DNA of 64,000 nucleotides, from assembly GCF_006345805.1 (NCBI RefSeq), contig NC_043009.1, forward strand, positions 13,454,001 through 13,518,000, in the 5' to 3' direction. The DNA is from Octopus sinensis (lineage: Eukaryota). Positions 53,839-64,000 of this stretch are shown in pieces. The notes under the pieces were generated by a model. That model saw only the letters and a program-made list of their open reading frames with translations, was not told where the DNA came from and did no database searches. A program made the translations under genes and the position numbers. Position 1 is the first letter of the stretch, and each line of letters opens with the position of its first letter.

Positions 53839-56429
53839 AGCATGCGTTTGTGTATGTGTGATAACGGTATGCATGAATTTGCTAAGTGTGTATATAAATA
53901 AATACGATCGGATTAGGGGCAACAAACAAGGTCATCTCTACTGAAAGCCCTCACATCCTACGCAAACCTCCTTTCGACCTCAGCGAAATATGTTCAAGGA
54001 AGTGTTACTGCTTTACATATGTACGCATCTGTAGGCGAACATATCTATATAGTAAGTGCCATCTCGGAAGGGGCGATCATGTGTGTGTATGTATGTGTGT
54101 GACACGCGCGCGTGTCTGTGTGTGTGCACGTGTGACACGTTCGCGTGTTTGTGTGAGTGATCATGTTGTCATACGAAAGTCAACGAAATGAGCGATATAA
54201 GTGAGATTTGGCTGCTATTTCTAGTCAATCGGAAGACCACTTAAGCGGAATGACTCTGGATCGACGCGCTTTAGGATTTATTTTTTGCATCTATGTATAA
54301 TCTGCGTGTGTGTGCGTGTGTACCTGTTAATGTATATGTGATAGAAGTGTGTGTGTGGATGCATGCGCTCGCGTGTATTTATGTAATTGATTTATTTGAG
54401 CGCGTATCTCGTATAATCACTTTCTTATCGCTTCAGTATTATGAATACATGAATATATTAATCTCTTGTGTAAACAAGGAAGTGAATTTATGCGTAAAGC
54501 TGTGTGAGTGTCTACGTCCGAGCAGCAGCGCGTGAATTTGTAAACCAGCCAAAAAGATATGCAGAAGCAACAAGTGCGCGCTCTTGACAGAAAATGCAAC
54601 GAGTAGGAGGCAGAGTGTGGAAGAATAGGAGGAGGAGGAGGTTGGTCAGTTGGAAGAGAGGAGGAAATAGAATGTAAGTGAGTATCGACGGAGACTGACC
54701 GAGAAAAGAAAGTAAGAAGAAATAGTTTAAGTTTAATGATAAGAAAGTGGGGGGGGGGAGGCTAAAAGTCGAAATTTCCCGTTTGGAAAGAATGTTAAAC
54801 GGGAAGACGAGGATAAACGAAAGTTCCTGGTAAAGGGAAAATAAATGAAATCTATAAATAAGAGAAATTGAAAATTAGTATGTAAAGAGGCAGGGATAAT
54901 GAAGTTGAGAAATCTTGAAGACGTTTGAAGATGAATAAAAAAAAAGGGAGTATGGAGTTGGATGTGGTTTTGAGACAAAAACATTCAGTAATTTGTTAAT
55001 ATATTTTATTGAATGTTTGAATGCTGAACTTAACTTTCGAAAATCTCCAATTGAAGAAATCTCAGTAGAGACCCAGCCATCCCCTTTCTCGTCTTCTATC
55101 TAATCCAGTCGCCCTCAGCCGGAGTTCATCTGAGATAATTTTGGTCCCCACGTAAGCAAAATAGTAAATAAGAAATCTGCAATAGTATATTAAGGGTCCT
55201 TGAAAAAAAATTCGATTTTGATGTATTTATTGCGACAACTCGATTTCTGTCCCGAACTTTTTACATACTTCAATCGGCACAAGTTCATGTGTGGAAAACA
55301 AAATAGGAATTTTGAAAGAAGTATCCATAAAACTAGTTTTTAAACATCGAAAGGCTATGAGGGGCCACCAGAATAAAATAGTAATGAAAAGGGTCATAGA
55401 TAAATATTGATTGAGAAACAGTGATTTAGATACAGAGTAAGGAAGATTACAATGTTCATTTCCCCACCCATCCTAAAATTTAGTCACGTGAATGTGATTT
55501 TAGGGAAGTTGTAATAATATTGATCATCTGGATGGCCATTTGTTTGGATTCTATGTGTTGGCCCTCTGCGATCCACAATGAATTCTCGCTTAGTCGCATA
55601 TTTATTTATTTATTTATTTATTGATTCTAGTGTCTTTTCGTTATGAATGAAGTAGTAAGCATCTACGGTTGTAGCGTCAACAGACCGATATTTCTCTAAG
55701 TGGGTTCTGAGGAACTCAAAATTCGGAGAAAAATTTTGGGATTTGATGTATTAAAGATTATTTTGTGAAAATATTAAAGCTGTACTCACCATTAAAAAAC
55801 AAAAATAATATTTCATTTCTTTTCTTTTTAGAAATAATTTTTCTCGCTTTGAAAGAATTTTTCTCTCATTCACAGCCTTATTAGCATTAAAATCAATATA
55901 TTACGATAAAAAGGAGGCGGTACTTCAGCGTAGGCAAGTAACTTTTGGAAAATCACATTGAGGTCCCGAGACAAAATAAGTTTGGCAACTGCTGCAACTA
56001 AATCGATCGACTATATTCTTGCTTCGAGACATGTGACACTGAGAAGGCATCATCCAAGAAAAGAGAAGGGATGAAATGAAAATAACAAAAGAATAAGAAC
56101 TGAGGGAAAACCGAAGAACCGACAGAATAGAAGCGGGAGAAATGAGAGAGACGGAGAAGCTGGAAATTATAGAAATATTTTAAATGACAGAAGGTGTATG
56201 GCGAGACGAGCTTTGTTGTAGATCTTGTTGTTGTTGTAGTTGTTTAGTTCCGTTTCAGCCCTGAGATGTTAGGATATGATCAGAGTCATTTTAGCTGCGA
56301 TTTTTTTTACGTGTATATTTAAGACTGTACGATTTTGCGGGTCATTTCGGTAACAGCTGTTATTTCTAGCATTCTTGCGACTTCTCAATCTTGTTCACTT
56401 TGCTCACGTGGAGCGTTACAAATGGGTGT

Positions 56430-56431
56430 TG

Positions 56432-56466
<35 letters not shown>

Positions 56467-56656
56467 ACTCTCTCTCTCGCTCTCTATCTCCCTATCTCGC
56501 TCGCTCTTTCTCTCACTATCTCCCACTATCTCTCTGCTTGCCTATCACTATCACTCTGTCTGTCGCTCTCCCCCTTTCTTCCTCTCTCTCTCTCTAACTA
56601 TCGTTCTATCTGTCTGTCGCTCCCTCTCTCTCTCTTTCGCTATATGTTTTCCTATT

Positions 56657-56695
<39 letters not shown>

Positions 56696-56700
56696 GTCTA

Positions 56701-56778
<78 letters not shown>

Positions 56779-56867
56779 AATCTGTCTGTCTGTCTGTATG
56801 TCTGTCTATCTATCTATCTATCTATCTTCTATCTATCTATCTATCTATCTGTCTATCTGTCTATCTG

Positions 56868-56917
<50 letters not shown>

Positions 56918-56956
56918 ATCTGTCTGTCTGTCTGTATGTCTGTCTATCTATCTATC

Positions 56957-56999
<43 letters not shown>

Positions 57000-57125
57000 G
57001 TCTATCTGTCTGTCTGTCTATCTATCTATCTATCATCTTCTATCTATCTATCTATCATCTATCTATCTATCTATCAATCTGTCTGTCTGTCTGTATGTCT
57101 GTCTATCTATCTATCTATCTATCGA
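56430..57125. repeat. (CT)n grading into a long (TCTA)n/(TCTG)n array
   Basis: Direct reading; source of ORFs 56335-57204 and 56375-57169. Confidence 0.95.
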
Positions 57126-57539
57126 TCGATCTGCCTATCAATGCCTTTCTCTTTTGTGCGAGCGAGTAAATATGATTAAATTTATAAATTTTGAGAGAGA
57201 CTGAAACAGGCAGAAGAGCAAGAAAGAGGTGGGTGGGGAAGACAGAGTGAATAAATGATTTAACGGAGGCGTGATTAGTGGAGAAGATAAAGACAATATT
57301 AAAACAAGAACGAATAAAACATAAGACAACATAAACAAACGCACACACACACACATGCGCTAAGATGCAAAACTTTAAGTGAGTAGGAATTTAGGTGGAA
57401 GAAGGGAGAAGGAGGAGGATATCGAGATGAAAGAGGTTGGACTCATGGAAAGAAACGAAAAAGAGATGTGATCACTTATAAGTCCAGCCCTTTGCGTAGG
57501 TACGCTGTTTGTATGGTTTCGTCGTCTTCCTATACATTC

Positions 57540-57583
<44 letters not shown>

Positions 57584-57594
57584 CACATATAATG

Positions 57595-57631
<37 letters not shown>

Positions 57632-57873
57632 ATATAGATATATATATGTATATATATATACATATATATACATATATGTATCTATATATATATATATATA
57701 TATATAATATACATATATATATATATATACATACATATATAGAATACATATATACATACACATACACACACACATCATACATATGACATATTATATTTAC
57801 AATATATGTTATACATATATAAATACATACGCACATATTATCATATATATATATATATATATATATACTATAG

Positions 57874-57921
<48 letters not shown>

Positions 57922-57925
57922 TATC
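57540..57925. repeat. Compound (TA)n-rich tract
   Basis: Direct reading. Confidence 0.95.
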
Positions 57926-58239
57926 TATGAGTGTGTGTGTATGTATAAATAAATAAATTATGTGTATGCAAAGTATGTGTGCGAGTGGCTGTGTGCGTGA
58001 GTAAATAAACGTGTGTGAATTTTGGCAGTCAATTCCAGTGACCATCCCTCACTACTTCAATCACGTGTTTAAAACAAAGAAAAAAATTCAAAAGGAAAAA
58101 CAAGGAAACCCCCAATTCTCAGTAGCCTGGTTTTCTGAACCTAATTTTCGAGGAGAATTGAGAAAATTTGAAGAAAAAGTTGTATTACGAACTTACTGAC
58201 ACGTTGAATGGGAATGAAGGAAAGAAGTTCAGTGGTGTA

Positions 58240-59330
58240 TCTACAGAATTGCAGATAGGGAGATGGAGAGATGCAGCAGTGCATCCTCCGAAGTGGGGAC
58301 TGGGATGGGAATGTTCTGTGAATCGAAGCAATGTAATTCCTCAAGTGGGTATTGGAGTGTGTGAAGTGGAGTTGAGTACAAGGAGAGGAAATTATAAAAA
58401 AGAAAAGGTTGGGGGGGACGATATGAATTAAATAAACGGGTAGAGAGTTAAAGGAGTGAGGGAGGAGAATGTGGAGTAATGTGATTTTGTGGTGTGGAAT
58501 GAAGTGGTGGTGAGGTACCTTACCGGTGTGGTTTGGGAGTGCTGTAAGGGAATGATAAACGTGTTGTGTACTAGTGTGGAGATGGAGTGTTGTAAGGGTG
58601 TCTTGATGGAGCGGTGTACTGGAGTGATGGTGGAATGTCTTGCTGGAGTGGTGTACCTGAATTGGTGTACAACTATAGAGAAGGAGCAGTGTACCTGTGA
58701 GGGTATTTAGTGCTGCATTGTTGGGGTAATACAGTGTTACACTGGCGTGAAGATATGTAGTGTAGTAGTTATGTAGTACAGTAGGGATGCATACTTCTGG
58801 AAATATAGTACTGCACTGTTGCGGCTTATGCAGTGTTGTGCTGTTATAGTTGGAGTGGTCGACTGATGCATTCATGTAGTGTTACGCTGATGCAGTGTCA
58901 TAGTGGTGCACTAGTGTGATGTTGGACATATTGCTGTTTACTGGCGTGGTCTTGGAGAGGTGTAGTTGTGTTCTGATGGAGTGGCGCACTGTTAGGTTAT
59001 TGCAGTGGTGTTGTAGTGTTGTACTTTTGTGATAAAATAGTGATGCACTCTTGTTGATGATGTAGTGTTGTACAGGTGTCGTGATGGAAAGGAGTATTGG
59101 TGTTTTCAAACGGTGGTGTACTCTTGTGGGGGTATAATGCCGAATAGTTGGTGTGCCCAAGTACTAATAAATGGATCTGATGACGTAGTGATGCTTTTTC
59201 GCAGGGATGTCCCAGTGTGGCTGTTCAACGGTATGATAGTGGGGGTACTAAAGAGAAGCTTTCTTTGCGATTCGGTACAGGGGGTGTAGTGATGAAGGGT
59301 AATAATGCTCTGTGTGTGTGTGTGTGTGGT
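58240..59330. repeat. Decayed G/T-rich low-complexity tandem tract
   Basis: Recurrent GTGGTGTA/GGAGTG-like short units with strong plus-strand G+T skew; a similar tract lies at 59790-60160. Confidence 0.65.
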
Positions 59331-59790
59331 TGTAGCCAGAATCGTTGGCATGTCGAGTAAAATGCTTAGCGGCTTTTCGTCTGTCTTTATGTTCTGAGTT
59401 CAAATTCCGCCGAGGTGAAATTTTTCTTTCATCCTTTAGGGGTCGCTAAAATAAGTACCAGTTGAACACTGAGAACCATGTAATCTGTTTCTTTATTGCC
59501 CACAAGGGGCTAAACATAGAGGGGACAAACAAGGACAGAGAAACGGATTAAGTCGATTACATCGACCCCAGTGCGTAACTGGTACTTAATTTATCGACCT
59601 CGAAAGGATGAAAGGCAAAGTCGACCTCAGCGGAATTTGAACTCAGAACGCAACGACAGACGCAATACCGCTAAGCATTTCGCCCGGTGTGCTGACGTTT
59701 CTGCCAGCTCGCCGCCTTACTGAGAACCATGTAATCGACTTATCCCCCGCGCTGAAATTACAGGCACTGTGCTAAGATGTGAAACTAATA
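59331..59790 (+). mobile_element. SINE family 1 (tail B) host copy, split by a nested SINE
   Basis: Head and B-box GAGTTCAAATTCC at ~59395-59408; the sequence resumes at 59737 with GACTTATCCCC..GATGTGAAACTAATAT. Confidence 0.8.
59486..59718 (-). mobile_element. Full-length young SINE family 1 (tail A) with an 18-bp TSD
   Basis: TSD ACTGAGAACCATGTAATC at 59468-59485 and 59719-59736; A-box-like TGGCAGAAACGT and B-box GTTCAAATTCC. Confidence 0.92.
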
Positions 59791-60164
59791 TTGTGGGTGT
59801 ATGGCAGGGTGTATTGGTGGTGTATTCATGGCAGGGTGTTTTCGTGGTGTATTGATGTGCTATTGAGTTGCGGCCCGGTGCTGTGGCCGTGTAATGATGA
59901 GTGGTAGTTTGACGTATGTGGTGACATGAGGATTTGATGGTATTGGGGTATGGCGGTGCGATGGTATTTCAGCGATAGGGTTAGGTCGGTGCGGTGATGT
60001 GCATTTCTGATACAGTGCGCCAAGGGGTGCGGTGATAGTACGGTGGTCCGGAACTGATGGGGGTCATTTGCTGTTATGATGGTGGTATTGGTGTGGTGGT
60101 GTGCTGGTGGCGTGGTGGGGTTGGGGATATGATAGTGTGATGGTGATGTGACAATGTAGACATA

Positions 60165-60392
60165 TGTTAATATACTGGTTTCAAATTTTGGTATCAAACC
60201 AGCCATTTTGTAGGGGGAGGGATAAGTCGATTACATCGACGTCAGTGCTCACCTAATAGTCATTCTATCGGACCCCGAAAGAATAAAAGGAAAAGTGGAC
60301 TGCGGCAGAATTTGAACTCAGAACGTAAAGACGGACGAAATACCGCTGAGCAAATCGTCTTGCTTGGTAACGATTCTGCCAGCTCGCCGTCC
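60165..60392 (-). mobile_element. SINE family 1 (tail B)
   Basis: Head GGCGAGCTGGCAGAATCGTT, B-box GTTCAAATTCT and tail CCAAAATTTGAAACC. Confidence 0.82.
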
Positions 60393-60404
60393 TGTGATAT
60401 CGAC

Positions 60405-60585
60405 GGGAGGCAATAAGTCGATTACATCGACTCTAGTTCCCAACTGGTGCCTGTTTAATCTATCCGGAAATGATGGAAGGCAAAGTCGACCACGGCAGAA
60501 TTTGAACTCAGAACGTGAAGGCAGACGAAATGCCACAAAATCTTTTGACAGCGTGCTGACAATTCTCCCAGGTCCCCGCCTTCAT
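60405..60585 (-). mobile_element. SINE family 1, diverged
   Basis: B-box GAGTTCAAATTCTG and core GGTCGACTTTGCC..GTCGATGTAATCGACTTA. Confidence 0.78.
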
Positions 60586-61109
60586 AGGTAAATATATTAA
60601 CAAGGTGAGGTCGTGCTGTGATTGCAGCTTGGTAAGGAGAGGGTGATAGTGTTTGTAGCTATGTAGTGATACAAGTTTATTGCAATAAAATTGTGTAGGT
60701 GTATAATTATATGGTTACATAGGTTGCATTCTAATTATGGGTATATTGTTAGATGGTTTTGTATAGTATGTGGCTTGGAATTGTTAACTATTTAGTTTTG
60801 TAAGTGGGAAAAAGGGATGCATATATATGCGGAAGTTGGACTAAAATAACGAAAAACTCTGTATGGGTATATAATTCACGGTGGGCAAAGGTGTGTCGAT
60901 GTAGAATGTGTGGTTGGTTTAGAATATGTGTGTGTGCGTGTGTGTACGTGTGTATATATACACAGAAAGAGGAGAGAAGGGGAGAAAGAGACATTGATAG
61001 ATAGATTAACTTATATATACATATGCGATTATATAACTGTAAATGCATGTGTTTATATAGTTTATGTGTATATGTGCATACGTCAATATATACATCGATA
61101 TATGAATTA

Positions 61110-61154
<45 letters not shown>

Positions 61155-61522
61155 GTAAGTATGTTTGTATGTGTGTGTATCTTTTGCACACACACACACA
61201 CACACTTATACACATTATGTATAAGAATATGAGAGTTTGCGTGTCCGTATGCGTGTGCACACGCGCATGTATGTATATATTATAGACCGAGGGACTACCA
61301 AAAGTGCACAACTGAATAAAGAACTCAATACTAGTTTTAAACTAGTACCGTCTTGCAACCATATCATATTAGCTTTCTTTACATATTTAGTGAAAATCGA
61401 GGATTGAAAGTAGATTCACATGTGCATGTATGTTTAAATATGTGCATATATCCCATTTATATCCTACCTACATACCTACATACCTACCTACTTATGTACA
61501 TACATGCATGCATATATGTATG

Positions 61523-61564
<42 letters not shown>

Positions 61565-61582
61565 TATATATATAATATATAT

Positions 61583-61634
<52 letters not shown>

Positions 61635-61649
61635 CATAAATATATGCGA

Positions 61650-61985
61650 AGGCGCATGGCTCAGTGTTTAGAGCATCGAGCTTACGATCGTGAAGTTGTG
61701 AGTTCGATTCCCGGACCGGGCTGCGTGTTGTGTTCTTGAGCAAGACACTTTATTTCTTGTTGCTCCAGTTAACTCATTTGAAGAAATGAGCTGCGTCATC
61801 ACTGGCGTCAAGCTGTATCGGCCCCTATGCCTTTCCCTTGGATAACATCGGTGGCGTGGAGAGGGGAGGTTGGTATGCATGGGTGACTGCTGCCCTTCCA
61901 CAACCAACCTTGTCCGGACTTGTGCCTCGGAGGGTAACTTTATAGGTGCAATCCCAAGGTCATTCATGACCGAAGGGGGTCTCCT
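61650..61985 (+). mobile_element. tRNA-derived SINE, family 4, full length
   Basis: A-box TGGCTCAGTG, B-box GAGTTCGATTCC and a CORE/MIR-like segment TTCTTGAGCAAGACACTTT; embedded in (TA)n. Confidence 0.85.
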
Positions 61986-62009
61986 CATATATATATATAT
62001 ATATATATA

Positions 62010-62053
<44 letters not shown>

Positions 62054-62214
62054 ATACATATATGTATGTGTGTATATATATATTATATATAGGATACACA
62101 CACACCCATACTCATACATACGTATATACATACATATTACATACATATATACAATATATATTATATTATATATACGCATACACTCAGACACATAATTTCA
62201 TACAAGGACTTGAG

Positions 62215-62241
62215 AGAGATAGATAGATAGATAGATAGATT

Positions 62242-62299
<58 letters not shown>

Positions 62300-62300
62300 C
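62215..62300. repeat. (TAGA)n microsatellite
   Basis: Direct reading. Confidence 0.95.
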
Positions 62301-62949
62301 ATTACTAAGGTTTATATTTGGGGTTGTCAGCCCAATGTGCACGAGCGTGTATATATGATGTTTTAGTGTATATAAAGCCTTATTTTAGTGTAGTTATTAA
62401 TGGTGTGGGATGTGTTTTGTAGAGGTAGACGTGTGCCAAGCAACTTAGTATAGTTGACGGAGCTGGTTCCATTTAATAAAGTAGCAGACTCACAGAAGAA
62501 TCTCAAAGAAAGAAATGCCTGTTTGGAAATGTGTGTGTATGTAAGTATGTGCGTGTGTGTGCGTATGTGTGTGTGTCTTCACGTCATTGTATATCTCTTT
62601 CTGTATCTGTGTATTCGGATAACTGAATATGTGTGTACGTCTGTGTGCGTGTGTGCGTGCGTATGTATGTGTGTGTGTGTGTGCTCGCGCTGCGTATGTT
62701 CGTGTATGTTTGATTGTGGGAGGTATAGGTGTAATTACGTACTAAAGTTGTTTACTTGACTGTGTGTATGCGTGTATGCACACATGTAAGTGTATATGAG
62801 TTCTGTTACGCATTGAGTATGTGCTTGTTCGAGGAGGGGGAGTATAACTGTTGTGAAGCTTCTCAATGGCTCTGTATGCGTCTATGCAAGTTGATGTGTG
62901 TGTGTATGTGTGTGCGCGTGTAGGACGGTGGGAAAGAGAGAGAGAGAGA

Positions 62950-63322
62950 CAGAGAGATGGGAAGAGGAGGTGGAGAGATGAAGTAGTGGGTGATTGAGAG
63001 AGAGAGAGAGAGAGACAGACAGAGAGATGGGAAGAGGGAGGTGGAGAGATGAAGTGTGGGTGATTGAGAGAGAGAGACAGAGAGAGACAGAGAGACAGAG
63101 AGATGGGAAGAGGGAGGTGGAGAGATGAAGAGTGGGTGATTGAGAGAGAGAGAGAGACAGAGAGAGACAGAGAGACAGAGAGATGGGAAGAGGGAGATGG
63201 AGAGATGAAGTGTGGGTGATTGAGAGAGAGAGAGAGAGAGACAGACAGAGAGATGGGAAGAGGGAGGTGGAGAGATGAAGAGTGGGTGATTGAGAGAGAG
63301 AGAGAGACAGAGAGAGACAGAG
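62950..63322. repeat. Minisatellite: 5 copies of a ~40-bp core separated by variable (GA)/(GACA) tracts
   Basis: Core GATGGGAAGAGGGAGGTGGAGAGATGAAG(T/A)GTGGGTGATTG at ~62955, 63026, 63102, 63182 and 63252. Confidence 0.9.
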
Positions 63323-63895
63323 AGTAAGTATGACAGAGAATATCAGTGTGTGGGTGCAAGTTTGAATATTAATGTTCCTCTGTAGATGTGTCTATATCTG
63401 TGTGTGCGCGCATGCGTATGCCCGTTCAATGAGAACAAGTAGGTGTGCATTAAGTGTGCATATCTATGGAAATATGGATGTGTACGTGTGTCTGTGACTT
63501 TTATATGACTATGTGAAAGAAAGTGTGTGTGTGTGTGTGAAGAAGAGAGCGAGAGAGAGCGAGAGAGAGAGAGAGAGACAAAGGTGGTGCGTTATACAGG
63601 ACTGTTGCTCTCTCTCTGCGTCTGTGTGTCATTTTATGAATGTGTGCCTGGGCGAGTAAATGAGCAAAATGGGATGGGTAAAATGACTGACAAACTCTTC
63701 ATGATTCTAATCACGTGACTCGTTTCATTATAAAGCGGGCTGTGTTAGCTTGGCCAAGACAACAACTGCGGAATCTGCCAAGCACAACATCCCAAATAGT
63801 TATTTTTTTCCTGATCTTCTTTTCTTCTAGTTGTAACTCATTTTCTTTTTTTTTTTTTTACATATATATATATATAATTATTATTGTTTCTGCAG

Positions 63896-63929
63896 GACAG
63901 ACGCTTTACATTTAAGCAGATATCGGCAG
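63896..63929 (+). other. Candidate 34-nt micro-exon
   Basis: ttattgtttctgcAG|GACAG...GGCAG|GTaaat; two of three frames are open (DRRFTFKQISA or TDALHLSRYRQ). No supporting homology recognised. Confidence 0.27.
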
Positions 63930-64000
63930 GTAAATCAGGCTCTTCATTTCTTTCTACTTTCACTTTTGTCTCTCTCACACTGTTTTGCATACAATTTGTT

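Noticed and set aside
56335-57204. Longest ORF in the window (289 aa)
   Set aside because: It is encoded almost entirely by (CT)n and (TCTA)n repeats.
58141-58875. 244-aa His/Thr/Pro-rich minus-strand ORF
   Set aside because: It stays open because the G/T-skewed tract rarely gives stops on that strand; no domain features.
62950-63322. CRISPR-like repeat-spacer appearance
   Set aside because: The spacers are GA microsatellites rather than unique sequences, the repeat is not palindromic, there are no cas genes, and the genome is eukaryotic.

Overview
AT-rich eukaryotic DNA, dense in microsatellites. It is most likely an octopus (coleoid cephalopod) intergenic or intronic region; this is inferred from base composition, repeat density and SINE families I recognise, not from a search. 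I find no intact host gene, rRNA, true tRNA or CRISPR array. Most ORFs in the track are translations of (TA)n, (CA)n, (TAA)n, (TAC)n or (TCTA)n. The non-repetitive-looking DNA is mostly decayed mobile elements: R4/Dong-type RLE LINEs sitting in (TAA)n arrays, RTE LINE relics, Penelope-like elements (PLEs), Tc1/mariner elements (DD37D maT, a DD36E Tc1, a DUF4817-type mariner), a Merlin element with an 8-bp TSD, a hAT relic and several tRNA-derived SINE families. The most notable signal is RNA-structural. There are two complete minimal type-I hammerhead ribozyme motifs with palindromic stem III (39409-39453 and 31148-31208), about eight degenerate hammerhead cores in unrelated repeat flanks, and several long near-perfect inverted repeats. 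All alignments, pairings and identities were done by eye.
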